DNA of 64,000 bases from Bacteroidales bacterium (GCA_025358645.1 JANYIW010000100.1:2938-66937), one strand, 5' to 3'. Positions 48,839 through 59,032 are shown, numbered from the stretch's first letter. A program made the numbers and translations. Notes: a model not told the origin generated them from the sequence alone.

Positions 48839-49660
48839 ATGAAAAAGATTATTGCAGGTTTTATACTTCCATTGCTGATAATAAGTTTCACATGTCTGGT
48901 TTCATGCAAAGACAAGAAACCTTCGCAACAACAGAAAAAAGTTGAAAAAGAACAGGTTAAGGCAATTGAAGGTCAGATTGAGACTAATGTTTACCCTTTG
49001 CCTACATCGGCAGCGGTTATTAAGATGCTTACTGAGCTTCAGGTAGGTTATATAATCGGGATAACAAATCCGGTGGAAAACTCTAAAAAGTATTTCAGTA
49101 GTCAATCAAGGGCAATAAACCTTGGTGGTTTTGGAGCCGATTTGAGTTATGCAACGCTTTATAATCAGCAACAGGAAGTAATCATGTACCTGGATGTTAT
49201 AAGGTCTCTTTCCAACGAACTTAATATGTCAAAAGTTTATAATGAAGATTTATATACCAGGATAAAACAGAATTTTGATAACAGGGATGAATTGGTTAAA
49301 ATACTTACAACCGAATTTAATGATACTTATGCATATCTTAGTGAAAATGATCAGCAACCATTAGCCCTTCTGGTAGTTGGTGGAGCATGGGTTGAAGGTA
49401 TGTATCTTACAACACACGTATCCGAGGCAGCGTACCAGGTTGCAGGCATCTCAAGAGTATTGCTTGAGCAAAAGAAGTCATTTGAAATGTTTCTCGAAAT
49501 AACGAAACCGTACCTTAGTGATCCAAGTGTTGGCGATTTCGTAAAGTTGCTTGATCCGGTTAAAAAAGTATATGAAGGAATTGGCACAAGTCTTACCGAG
49601 CAGAATATTAAAGATTTAACTAAGGTTATTGTTTATGTCAGAGAACAGATTGTAAAGTAA
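48839..49660 (+). CDS. Lipoprotein of unknown function (probably all-alpha)
   Basis: 273 aa with a lipobox (CLVSC). No family recognised. Confidence 0.6.
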   Translation: MKKIIAGFILPLLIISFTCLVSCKDKKPSQQQKKVEKEQVKAIEGQIETNVYPLPTSAAVIKMLTELQVGYIIGITNPVENSKKYFSSQSRAINLGGFGADLSYATLYNQQQEVIMYLDVIRSLSNELNMSKVYNEDLYTRIKQNFDNRDELVKILTTEFNDTYAYLSENDQQPLALLVVGGAWVEGMYLTTHVSEAAYQVAGISRVLLEQKKSFEMFLEITKPYLSDPSVGDFVKLLDPVKKVYEGIGTSLTEQNIKDLTKVIVYVREQIVK

Positions 49661-49677
49661 TTAATACATAATTCTTT

Positions 49678-49712
49678 GACCGCAAAGAATCATACTTTGC
49701 GGTCTTTTTTTT
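49678..49712 (+). terminator. Rho-independent terminator after the lipoprotein gene
   Basis: GACCGCAAAG-aatcata-CTTTGCGGTC followed by TTTTTTTT. The T-tract ends 13 nt before ATG 49726. Confidence 0.8.
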
Positions 49713-49725
49713 ATTTAATGTTTTT

Positions 49726-52700
49726 ATGAGGGAATCAGTATTACTCGCCTTAATTCATATTTTTGCCATTGTTTCGACCATCAACCCTGCCGGAATATCA
49801 TCAAGGGGCAAAAAAATTCTGCGCAGTTATCTCCGGAGATATCTTAACCGGGAGCTTGAAGAAGAATACTATGCTCTCTTTGAGAATAATCTTGAGTTCT
49901 ATTCAAATGAACTTAAGAGTGTTGATAAAGAGGAACTGGCAGATGATGAATCTCTCATCTCATTTCAGATTACAAATATATGCAGGCAAATAAAAAAAGG
50001 GTTATTTCTTGAGGAGAGGATGATCGTTTTTCTTCAATTGATTGAATTCGCATTTGAAGATGGAATGATCTCTGAACAGGAAAAAACCATTATCGACATT
50101 GTCGCAAGAACTTTTAATATTTCAAAAAAGGAATATGATAATTCTACTGCCTTCATGATTGGCAGGTCTTATGATAACGTATCACCTGAATGTATTCTTA
50201 TAATAGAAAGTGATAATCCGGAATTTTCCGGATCAGGCATATATAAAAATTACGACAAGTGGCGTCACATGAGATTAAAAGGGTTTAGAGGTCATCTTGT
50301 TGTAATGCATATTGAAAGTACCGGCACCTTGCTTTTTACCTACGATGGCTCTCTTGTTCTGTATTTTAAAGGAAGGGATATTATTGCCTGCAGGCCCTTT
50401 CTTCTTGACCGGGGAGTAAATATAAAAGGACAGGGAATTGATCCGATTTACTATTCTAAAATTTATAAAAAATTTGTTTCCAGAAAATTTCCTGAAAAGA
50501 TATTCTTTGAAGGACATGAAATCGAATTTTCATTCAAGAATTCCGATAACGGACTACATAAAATGAATTTCAGGGTCGAATCTGGTAACATGATAGGTAT
50601 AATGGGAGGAAGCGGAGTCGGTAAGACCACAATGCTTAATTTACTGCACGGCAAGATAAAACCCACCTCAGGGAAGGTGTATATTAACGGATACGATATT
50701 AATGAAGATTCGGAAGAGCTTAAAGGACTGATTGGTTTTGTCCCTCAGGATGATATGCTTATCGAAGAGCTGACTGTATATCAGAATCTTTATTATAATG
50801 CCAGGTTATGCTTTGGTGATTATAATGAAGAGCAGTTGAAAAACACTGTTAAGAAGGTTCTTCAGGATCTCGACTTATATGAAATCAAAGACCTGCAGGT
50901 TGGAGATGTAATGAATAAGAAAGTGAGCGGAGGTCAGAGAAAGCGGCTTAACATCGGGCTCGAGTTAATGCGCGAACCTATTGTATTGTTTATTGATGAA
51001 CCGACCTCCGGTTTATCTTCCTTTGACTCTGAAAAGGTAATGAGCCTTCTCAGGAATCAGTCACTGAGCGGAAAACTGGTTTTTGCTATTATACATCAAC
51101 CCTCGTCGGATATTATTAAGATGTTTGACAAATTATGGCTGCTCGACAAGGGTGGTTATATGATTTATGATGGCGATCCTGTTGAAGCACTGGTTTATTT
51201 CAAAACTGAAACTTCACAGGCAAATGCAGCTGAAAGTGAGTGTCCGAATTGCGGAAATGTTGAAACTGACAATATTCTGCATATTGTTGAGGTTAAGGTT
51301 ATTGATAATTCAGGCTATCCCGGGAAAGAGCGACAGATCAGTCCGAAGGAGTGGTACGAAAAGTACAAGAAAAAGATGATGCCTGTTTTGGTGAAAAAGC
51401 CCTCCAAATCAGTTATGCCCCCCAGCAACTTCAGAGTCCCTAAAAAATCTGACCAGATCCGGACCTTCATCAAGCGCAACATTACCAGGAAACTCGCTGA
51501 TCGTCAGTATATGACAATTAACCTTATTGAAGCTCCGCTACTGGCATTCATTCTCGGATATATCTCAAAATTCAGCGAAAATGGGGTCTACAGTTTCGCA
51601 AATAATAAGAATTATCCCATTTTCCTCTTCATGGCAGTTATCGTCTCATTGTTTATAGGACTAACGGTAAGTGCCGAGGAGATTTTTCGTGACAGGAAAA
51701 TTCTTGAACGTGAGAAATTCCTGAATCTGAGCAGATTAAGTTATCTGATTTCAAAGATCAACTTCCTGTTTACTCTATCGGCAATACAATCGCTGTCGTT
51801 CGTTCTGGTTGCAAATTTAATACTTGGCGTAAAAGGCATGCTATTTCAGCAATGGATTATTCTTTTTTCAACTGCCTGTTTTGGTAATATGTTGGGATTG
51901 AATATCTCTGCCGGAATGCGTACTGCCGTAAGTATTTATATACTCATTCCTCTTATCCTGGTACCAATGCTTCTGCTGGGCGGAGCCATGATAAAATTTG
52001 ATGACCTTCATAAATCAATCAGCAAAAAAATCTATGTTCCATTAGTGGGCGATATAATGGTTACGCGATGGGCTTATGAAGCTTTATGTGTTGAACAGTT
52101 TAAAAGCAATAGATTTGAAAAACCCTTCTTCAGGTACGATATGGAAATAAGCCAGAACGACTGGTATGCCTCATTTCTTATCCCCTCATTAAAAGTAAAA
52201 GTTGATAATTGTCTGACAGCAGGAAATAACCCTGATTATAAAAAAGATACTGAAGCAAATTTAAGAAAACTTAATTTTCATATAAAATATCTATCATCTA
52301 TTTCAGGAATTGTACCCGGGAATTGGATTAGCAACTTGAATTATAAGGCATTCAATGAATCGGTTGCATTGGAAGCAATAACAGTACTTGACAGTTTAAG
52401 GTCCTCTTTCAGAATACAAAGCAGGGTAATTAGTTATGAACGCGATTCGTTGTACAAAAAGATTTCAAGCATGATGGGAGAGAATCGTTTCATTGAAATG
52501 AGGGCTAAGAACTATAATGAGAATCTCGCAAATGTTGTGCTTAACAGGCTGGCTACAAATAAAATATACGATGCAGATAATGAGCTTATTCAAAAAGCTG
52601 ATCCTATTTTTATGGCGCCAGGATCAAAATCTGGTCGTGCACATTTTTTTGCTCCGTATAAGCAAATTGGCAACCTGAAAATAGAAACTCTGATATTTAA

Positions 52701-52839
52701 CATGGCTATAGTCTGGGTTATGATCTTTAGTCTGTTTGTGACATTATATTATAATATTCTTAAGCGTTTTATCAGATTTCTTGAATCACTTAAATTGCCA
52801 ATACTGAGAAAGTTCGGAAGGGAACTTCTTCAGTTTTAA
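49726..52839 (+). CDS. Fused ABC transporter (ABCG-like, NBD then ABC-2 membrane domain) with an N-terminal TerB-like domain and a degenerate FHA-like module
   Basis: 1037 aa. TerB-like block FEDGMISEQEKTIIDIVARTFNISKKEY. Beta-rich region at about aa 150-260. Walker A GGSGVGKTT, signature VSGGQRKRLNIG, Walker B LFIDEPTSGLSS. A CPNCG insert follows. The C-terminal half has about 6 TM segments. Confidence 0.7.
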   Translation: MRESVLLALIHIFAIVSTINPAGISSRGKKILRSYLRRYLNRELEEEYYALFENNLEFYSNELKSVDKEELADDESLISFQITNICRQIKKGLFLEERMIVFLQLIEFAFEDGMISEQEKTIIDIVARTFNISKKEYDNSTAFMIGRSYDNVSPECILIIESDNPEFSGSGIYKNYDKWRHMRLKGFRGHLVVMHIESTGTLLFTYDGSLVLYFKGRDIIACRPFLLDRGVNIKGQGIDPIYYSKIYKKFVSRKFPEKIFFEGHEIEFSFKNSDNGLHKMNFRVESGNMIGIMGGSGVGKTTMLNLLHGKIKPTSGKVYINGYDINEDSEELKGLIGFVPQDDMLIEELTVYQNLYYNARLCFGDYNEEQLKNTVKKVLQDLDLYEIKDLQVGDVMNKKVSGGQRKRLNIGLELMREPIVLFIDEPTSGLSSFDSEKVMSLLRNQSLSGKLVFAIIHQPSSDIIKMFDKLWLLDKGGYMIYDGDPVEALVYFKTETSQANAAESECPNCGNVETDNILHIVEVKVIDNSGYPGKERQISPKEWYEKYKKKMMPVLVKKPSKSVMPPSNFRVPKKSDQIRTFIKRNITRKLADRQYMTINLIEAPLLAFILGYISKFSENGVYSFANNKNYPIFLFMAVIVSLFIGLTVSAEEIFRDRKILEREKFLNLSRLSYLISKINFLFTLSAIQSLSFVLVANLILGVKGMLFQQWIILFSTACFGNMLGLNISAGMRTAVSIYILIPLILVPMLLLGGAMIKFDDLHKSISKKIYVPLVGDIMVTRWAYEALCVEQFKSNRFEKPFFRYDMEISQNDWYASFLIPSLKVKVDNCLTAGNNPDYKKDTEANLRKLNFHIKYLSSISGIVPGNWISNLNYKAFNESVALEAITVLDSLRSSFRIQSRVISYERDSLYKKISSMMGENRFIEMRAKNYNENLANVVLNRLATNKIYDADNELIQKADPIFMAPGSKSGRAHFFAPYKQIGNLKIETLIFNMAIVWVMIFSLFVTLYYNILKRFIRFLESLKLPILRKFGRELLQF

Positions 52840-52904
52840 GAGCACAGAGCCCTGTGCTACATGAATATGATACCTGTAGAATAAACTACTATGATTTAGG
52901 AAAT

Positions 52905-53696
52905 ATGGAACAAAGGAGAAGAGTTTATCCCAAAAAAAACCTTGGACAACACTTTCTGAAAGATAAAACGATTGCCCGAAAAATTGCGGACTCACTTACA
53001 GGTGTAGGGTACAGTACTGTCCTTGAGATTGGTCCGGGGATGGGAATACTCACAGAATACCTTATGGAAAGAAGATTTACCGATTTCCATGTTATTGAAA
53101 TTGATAATGAATCAGTTCATTTTCTTAAAGCAAACTTTCCTGAATTGAATAATGTGATCACCGGAGATTTCCTTTCAATGGATCTTGATCAGCATTTTCC
53201 TGAAAAGATGGGAATAATAGGTAATTTTCCCTATAATATTTCAACACAGATAATGTTTAAGGTATTGAAATACAGGGAAAAGGTAGTTGAGATTGCAGGA
53301 ATGTTGCAGAAGGAAGTTGCCGAGAGGATTTGTGCCGGACCCGGATCAAGAACTTATGGTATTTTGAGCGTACTTCTTCAGGCCTTTTATAAAACGGAGT
53401 ATCTATTTACGGTTTCGGAGAATGTTTTTTCACCTCCGCCAAAAGTAAAATCGGGAGTAATCAGATTAATACGAAACGATGTTAAGAACCTCGATTGTGA
53501 CGAGGTATTGTTTTTCAGAGTAGTGAAGGCCTGCTTTAATCAGCGTAGGAAAACATTAAGGAATTCAGTAAGAGCTGCATTTGAATTGAAACGGGACGAT
53601 TACCACGAATTCGGATTACGTCCCGAGCAACTTTCTGTTGATCAGTTTGTTCAGCTTACCAGATGGATAGATGAGAATAGGATAAAATCAGAATGA
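52905..53696 (+). CDS. rsmA: 16S rRNA (adenine1518/1519-N6)-dimethyltransferase
   Basis: First ATG is 52905 (the track uses GTG 52854). Blocks: KKNLGQHFL, VLEIGPGMGILT, GNFPYNIST. Confidence 0.9.
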   Translation: MEQRRRVYPKKNLGQHFLKDKTIARKIADSLTGVGYSTVLEIGPGMGILTEYLMERRFTDFHVIEIDNESVHFLKANFPELNNVITGDFLSMDLDQHFPEKMGIIGNFPYNISTQIMFKVLKYREKVVEIAGMLQKEVAERICAGPGSRTYGILSVLLQAFYKTEYLFTVSENVFSPPPKVKSGVIRLIRNDVKNLDCDEVLFFRVVKACFNQRRKTLRNSVRAAFELKRDDYHEFGLRPEQLSVDQFVQLTRWIDENRIKSE

Positions 53697-54935
53697 GAAG
53701 CCTATAGCTTCAACAGGATCCATTTTTGAAGCTGCATTTGCCGGGGCATAACCTGCTATAACACCTATTATTCCGGAGATGAATACTGCAAGAAAGATAT
53801 TGCCAACAGTGAGATACATATTCAGATCCCAGAGATAATTTATGACCAGCGTACCAATAAATATCATAAATACACCGAGTAATCCACCTAAAATCGATAG
53901 CAGCATGGATTCTACCAAAAATTGCTGAAGTATAAAAAATCTCTTTGCTCCAAGCGCTTTCTGGATACCAATAATATTGGTACGTTCTTTTACTGAAACA
54001 AACATAATATTTGCAATCCCAAAACCACCGACAAGAATTGAAAATCCTCCGATAATCCAGCCTCCTATGTTTATTGCGACAAAAATAGAATCTAATCCCT
54101 GTGATATCATACTAGCCCTATTTACCGAAAAATCTGAAGTTTCTTCCGGACGAAGACTCCTGGCAGCTCTCAATATCATTGTGGTTTCATCACTTAATTC
54201 CTGAATAGCAACGCCTGGTTTTGCTTTTATCATTAATTGTGACTCGATGAACCTGTTGCGCATATTGATAAAACTTTTTCCAAAGTTTATGGGTACAAGC
54301 GTTAATTCATCCAGCCCATTATCGCTGATACCTCCTTTTCCTTCCTTCTTTAAAACACCTATAACTGTGGTTTTAAATCCTGCGATACTTATTTCTTTGC
54401 CAACAGGCTCTGTTTTCTCAAATAATTTTCTGGCAATTTCTGATCCGATTATTGCAACATTTTTTCCTGAAGAAGCTTCGAAGGGAGAAAAATACCTGCC
54501 TTTGGCAATTTCAAATGACCTGATATTCTGAAACTCAAGGGTTATTGCTGCAACATTTACATCGCTTGTAATATTTTTCTTGTATTTTATCTTTTCAGGT
54601 TGAAAAGCCACAAAACAGGCTGTTTCGGATTTGGTCGATTTTTTTAAAATTGACTGGTAATCACGGTCCGAGATTGCAGGCCACTTAATGATATCCCACC
54701 ATGCAAGATTAGGATCAAATGACCAGGGGAATTTCTGAACATATATTACATTATCACCAAGTGACGAAATGCTGTCGCGTATCGATTTTTCCATCCAGTC
54801 GAGTACTGTAAAGACTGAAATAATCGAAAAGATCCCTATTGTAATGCCGAAAAGTGAGAGAAAAGTCCTTAACTTATTAACAATAACAGAGTTAATGGCG
54901 AATAGGAAGCCCTCTTTAAAAAGCCTGAAAAACAT
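53688..54935 (-). CDS. MacB/FtsX-type ABC transporter permease (paralog 1)
   Basis: Start moved to ATG 54935 (MFFRLFKEG...), which matches the paralog. NKLRTFLSLFGITIGIFSIIS (TM1), a periplasmic domain, then ERTNIIGIQKALGAKRFFILQQFLVES (FtsX domain). Confidence 0.8.
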   Translation of the reverse strand: MFFRLFKEGFLFAINSVIVNKLRTFLSLFGITIGIFSIISVFTVLDWMEKSIRDSISSLGDNVIYVQKFPWSFDPNLAWWDIIKWPAISDRDYQSILKKSTKSETACFVAFQPEKIKYKKNITSDVNVAAITLEFQNIRSFEIAKGRYFSPFEASSGKNVAIIGSEIARKLFEKTEPVGKEISIAGFKTTVIGVLKKEGKGGISDNGLDELTLVPINFGKSFINMRNRFIESQLMIKAKPGVAIQELSDETTMILRAARSLRPEETSDFSVNRASMISQGLDSIFVAINIGGWIIGGFSILVGGFGIANIMFVSVKERTNIIGIQKALGAKRFFILQQFLVESMLLSILGGLLGVFMIFIGTLVINYLWDLNMYLTVGNIFLAVFISGIIGVIAGYAPANAASKMDPVEAIGFSF

Positions 54936-54970
54936 GCTATAGTTTTTTATCAATTTTATTTTTCGAAAAG

Positions 54971-54978
54971 CAAAGATA
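54971..54978 (-). promoter_or_regulatory. -7 promoter box for permease paralog 1
   Basis: Minus strand reads TATCTTTG, ending 35 nt before ATG 54935. Confidence 0.4.
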
Positions 54979-55050
54979 AGAAACCTGAAACAATGGCCTA
55001 TTCAAATGAACTAAAAATGATTATTTGTAGTGAGTGACAAAAAAACATGT

Positions 55051-56298
55051 TCAGAAAGAGAAGCCTATAGCTTCAACTGGGTTCATTTTAGCAGCAGTAT
55101 TTGCAGGAGCATAACCGGCCACCACACCTATCATTCCTGAAATGAATATTGCAAGAAGCATATTAGATAAAGTCAGGTACATATTCAGTTCATAGAGGTA
55201 ATTTATAACAAGAGTGCCAATAAATATCATTAAAACTCCGAGCATTCCGCCGATAACAGAAAGTAGTACCGACTCAACAAGGAATTGTTGAAGTATAAAG
55301 AATTTTTTGGCACCAAGAGCTTTCTGAATACCTATGATATTTGTTCTTTCCCTGACAGAGACAAACATAATATTAGCTATTCCGAAGCCGCCGACTAGAA
55401 TCGCAAATCCGCCTATAACCCACCCTCCGATATTTATTCCGGCAAAAACTCCGCTGAAACTCTGAGTGATCAGGCTGGCCCTGTTCATTGAGAAGTTGTC
55501 GGTCTGATTCGGACTCAGCCTTCTTGCAGATCTTATTATCATTGTGGCTTCATCGCTTAGCTCCTGAATGGGAACGCCTTCCTTAGCCTTGATCATCAAT
55601 GTGGCATTCAGGAAATTATTTTTCATGTTTATGAATGTCTTGCCAAAGTTATAGGGAACTACAGTTTCCTCATCCATACCTGTATCACCTATTCCTCCTT
55701 TTCCTTCCTTTTTAAAAACACCGATAACCGCTGTTCTTTTACCTGCTATAGTTATTAGTTTTCCAACAGGATCAGCCTTCTTAAACAATCTCTCTGCGAT
55801 TACTGCCCCTATTATTGCAACGTTTTTTCCAGACTCTGCCTCTTCAGGAGAAAAGTAGCGTCCGTTTTCAACCTCAAAAGATCTGATCTTATCAAATTCA
55901 GGTGTAACAGCCCATACATCTACATCACTTGCCAGATTCTTCTGGTATTTTATCTTTTCAGGCTGAGTTACAGTGAAACATGCGTTTGAAGCTTTTGTTG
56001 ATCTGCCCAGAACTGCCTGATAATCGTATTTCGAGATAGAAGGATATTTGATTATATCCCACCAGTTGAGATTGGTATTTAAGCCCCATGGCCATTTACT
56101 GGCATAGATGACATTATCACCAAGAGAAGAAATTGAATCATGTATTGCCTTCTCCATCCAGTCGAGTACAGTGAAGACTGAAATAATTGAAAAAATCCCT
56201 ATTGTAATTCCGAAAAGTGAGAGAAAGGTCCTTAACTTATTAACAATAACTGATTTATAGGCAAAAATAAAACCCTCTCTAAGAAGCCTGAAAAACAT
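55051..56298 (-). CDS. MacB/FtsX-type ABC transporter permease (paralog 2)
   Basis: 415 aa with the same architecture as paralog 1. TM1 and the FtsX region are near-identical to paralog 1. Confidence 0.8.
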   Translation of the reverse strand: MFFRLLREGFIFAYKSVIVNKLRTFLSLFGITIGIFSIISVFTVLDWMEKAIHDSISSLGDNVIYASKWPWGLNTNLNWWDIIKYPSISKYDYQAVLGRSTKASNACFTVTQPEKIKYQKNLASDVDVWAVTPEFDKIRSFEVENGRYFSPEEAESGKNVAIIGAVIAERLFKKADPVGKLITIAGKRTAVIGVFKKEGKGGIGDTGMDEETVVPYNFGKTFINMKNNFLNATLMIKAKEGVPIQELSDEATMIIRSARRLSPNQTDNFSMNRASLITQSFSGVFAGINIGGWVIGGFAILVGGFGIANIMFVSVRERTNIIGIQKALGAKKFFILQQFLVESVLLSVIGGMLGVLMIFIGTLVINYLYELNMYLTLSNMLLAIFISGMIGVVAGYAPANTAAKMNPVEAIGFSF

Positions 56299-56333
56299 TT
56301 TATAACTTTTTTGTGATATTATTAATATAGGAT

Positions 56334-56341
56334 CAAATGTA
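56334..56341 (-). promoter_or_regulatory. -7 promoter box for permease paralog 2
   Basis: Minus strand reads TACATTTG, ending 35 nt before ATG 56298. This is the same spacing as for paralog 1. Confidence 0.4.
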
Positions 56342-56455
56342 CGAAAATCATTTAACGCTAAGAATCATATATTATAATGTATTGAGGATATTAAAAAAAT
56401 ATCTATTTTTAGACGCCAGAATTAGTACATCAGCGAAGGTCGTAATTATCATAGA

Positions 56456-57979
56456 ATGAGTGACAAAAGAATTAAAAGTGCTCTGATTTCAGTTTTTTAT
56501 AAAGAAGGATTATCTGATATAGTCAGAATTCTTCATGAATTGGATGTGAAGATCTATTCAACTGGAGGTACTTTTAGTTTCATTAATGATCTGAATATCC
56601 CTGCTGAAAAAGTCGAAGATCTGACATCATATCCCTCTATTCTTGGAGGGAGAGTAAAAACACTTCACCCTTCTGTTTTCGGTGGGATTCTTGCCAGACG
56701 GGAGAATAATGATGACCTCAAACAACTCAGAGATTACAAGATACCTGAAATTGACCTGGTTATCGTTGACCTTTATCCATTTGAAGAAACAATGAAATCA
56801 ACTGATAATGAAGAAGATATAATTGAGAAGATAGATATCGGCGGTATCTCATTGATCAGAGCTGCCGCCAAAAACTATAATGATGTTCTTATTGTTTCAG
56901 GAAGAGAACTGTACTCAGATTTTCTTAAATTATTAAAAGAAAAACAAGGTCATACATCAATTGCAGAAAGAAGGTTATTCGCGGCTAAAGCATTTCAGAC
57001 CTCTTCGCACTACGATACTGCCATTTTCAACTATTTTAACAGGGAGGCTTCAATTCCGGCATTCAGAGAAAGCATAAATATATCATACCCTTTACGTTAC
57101 GGTGAGAATCCACATCAGAAAGGGATATTTTATGGCGACACCGACCTGATTTTCTCGAAACTTCATGGGAAAGAAATTTCATACAATAACCTGCTCGACC
57201 TTGATGCCGCTCTCTGTCTTATTGACGAGTTCAGATTACCCACTTATGTTATCATAAAGCATAATAACGCATGCGGAGTTGCTTCACGAAAAAATCCCAT
57301 CGATGCATGGATTAATGCACTGGCATGTGATCCTGTATCAGCTTATGGAGGCGTTATTGTTACTAATACTTCGGTGGATGAAGTGACTGCAGCAGAGATA
57401 GATAAGTTATTCTTTGAAATAATTATAGCTCCGGAGTTTTCAGACTCTTCACTGAAAATTCTAAAACATAAAAAGAACAGAATAATTCTTCTCCGGAATA
57501 ATTCTGAAAAGAGTAACTATGGGTTCAGATCACTGCTTAATGGCGTGCTTTGGCAGGAGAGGGATAATAGTACAGAATCAGCAGAGCAGATGAAACCGGT
57601 TACTACAAGAACTCCTCAAACGGCTGAATATGAAGATCTGATATTTGCCAATATAATAGTTAAGCACAGTAAATCAAACGCTATTGTAATTGCCAGAAAC
57701 AATCAGTTATATGCCAGCGGCATAGGACAAACTTCCAGAGTCGATGCATTGAAACAGGCTATTGAAAAAGCAAAGTCATTCGGGTTTGATCTTAAAGGAT
57801 CCGTTTTAGCTTCCGATGCTTTTTTCCCTTTTGCCGACAGTGTTGAGATCGCACATAAAGCAGGGATTACTGCCATTGTGCAGCCCGGAGGATCTGTCAG
57901 GGATCAGGAATCTATTGACTACTGTTCTTCAAATGGAATCGCAATGGTATTTACAGGAATAAGACATTTTAAACATTAA
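56456..57979 (+). CDS. purH: Bifunctional AICAR transformylase / IMP cyclohydrolase
   Basis: 507 aa with ALISVFYKEG, GRVKTLHP and IIKHNNACGVA. Confidence 0.95.
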   Translation: MSDKRIKSALISVFYKEGLSDIVRILHELDVKIYSTGGTFSFINDLNIPAEKVEDLTSYPSILGGRVKTLHPSVFGGILARRENNDDLKQLRDYKIPEIDLVIVDLYPFEETMKSTDNEEDIIEKIDIGGISLIRAAAKNYNDVLIVSGRELYSDFLKLLKEKQGHTSIAERRLFAAKAFQTSSHYDTAIFNYFNREASIPAFRESINISYPLRYGENPHQKGIFYGDTDLIFSKLHGKEISYNNLLDLDAALCLIDEFRLPTYVIIKHNNACGVASRKNPIDAWINALACDPVSAYGGVIVTNTSVDEVTAAEIDKLFFEIIIAPEFSDSSLKILKHKKNRIILLRNNSEKSNYGFRSLLNGVLWQERDNSTESAEQMKPVTTRTPQTAEYEDLIFANIIVKHSKSNAIVIARNNQLYASGIGQTSRVDALKQAIEKAKSFGFDLKGSVLASDAFFPFADSVEIAHKAGITAIVQPGGSVRDQESIDYCSSNGIAMVFTGIRHFKH

Positions 57980-57996
57980 ATTAATTAGCTCATATA

Positions 57997-59019
57997 ATGG
58001 GATTATTTTCATTTTTAACACAGGAGATTGCAATCGATCTAGGAACAGCAAACACGATCATTATTCACAATGATAAAATTGTTGTAGATGAACCATCTAT
58101 AGTGGCAATTGACAGGAATACAGGTAAGTTGATTGCAATAGGTGAGAAAGCGAGACAGATGCATGGTAAAACTCATGAAAACATTAAGACTATCAGGCCC
58201 TTGCGCGATGGTGTAATCGCTGATTTCAATGCTGCCGAGTTGATGATAAGGGGAATGATCAAAATGATTAACAAAGGACCCCAACTTTTTTCCCCATCAC
58301 TTAAAATGGTAGTATGCATACCTTCAGGCAGTACCGAAGTGGAAATCCGTGCTGTGCGGGATTCATCAGAGCATGCCGGCGGACGGGATGTTTATATGAT
58401 ATATGAACCGATGGCTGCAGCAATTGGCATAGGTCTAGATGTTGAAGCTCCGGAAGGTTGTATGGTTATTGATATTGGCGGGGGGACAACCGAAATAGCT
58501 GTAATTGCACTCGGTGGTATCGTTTGCAATAAATCAATAAGGATCGCAGGTGACGGGTTTACGGCTGATATTCAGGCGTATATGCGTCATCAGCATAACA
58601 TTAAAATTGGCGAAAGGACTGCAGAAGACATAAAGATAGGAGTGGGAGCAGCTCTTCCGGATATAGAAAATCCTCCAGCAGATTTTGTTGTAAGAGGACC
58701 AAATATAATGACGGCTCTCCCGATCGAGATACCAATTTCTTATCAGGAAATAGCTTATTGTCTCGATAAATCTTTATCTAAGATAGAGGCAGCCCTTTTA
58801 AATGTTCTCGAGCAGACTCCTCCTGAACTTTATGCTGATATAGTTAACAAAGGGATCTATCTGGCAGGTGGTGGCGCTTTGCTGAGAGGTCTTGACAAAA
58901 GACTTACTGATAAGATCAATATCCCATTTAATGTAGTTGAAGATCCGTTACATGCAGTTGCAAGAGGTACCGGAGTTGCCCTGAAAAATGTTGATAAATT
59001 TCCATTCCTGATGAGATAA
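57997..59019 (+). CDS. mreB: Rod shape-determining protein MreB
   Basis: 340 aa with the actin-fold blocks IAIDLGTANT and DIGGGTTEIAV. Confidence 0.97.
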   Translation: MGLFSFLTQEIAIDLGTANTIIIHNDKIVVDEPSIVAIDRNTGKLIAIGEKARQMHGKTHENIKTIRPLRDGVIADFNAAELMIRGMIKMINKGPQLFSPSLKMVVCIPSGSTEVEIRAVRDSSEHAGGRDVYMIYEPMAAAIGIGLDVEAPEGCMVIDIGGGTTEIAVIALGGIVCNKSIRIAGDGFTADIQAYMRHQHNIKIGERTAEDIKIGVGAALPDIENPPADFVVRGPNIMTALPIEIPISYQEIAYCLDKSLSKIEAALLNVLEQTPPELYADIVNKGIYLAGGGALLRGLDKRLTDKINIPFNVVEDPLHAVARGTGVALKNVDKFPFLMR

Positions 59020-59032
59020 TCTAACGGTGTGA

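Noticed and set aside
56299-56455. Looked for a ZTP (pfl) riboswitch upstream of purH.
   Set aside because: The conserved GGGTCGTGA...CTGGCG...CCGCCTGGGC-type blocks are not present on the plus strand. The only CTGGCG-like string is on the wrong strand.
56337-56459. 40-codon upstream ORF whose stop overlaps the purH start codon (ATGA).
   Set aside because: The arrangement resembles translational coupling. However, the region is AT-rich, it overlaps the divergent permease promoter, the peptide has no features and there is no upstream promoter box. I treat it as a chance ORF unless it proves conserved.
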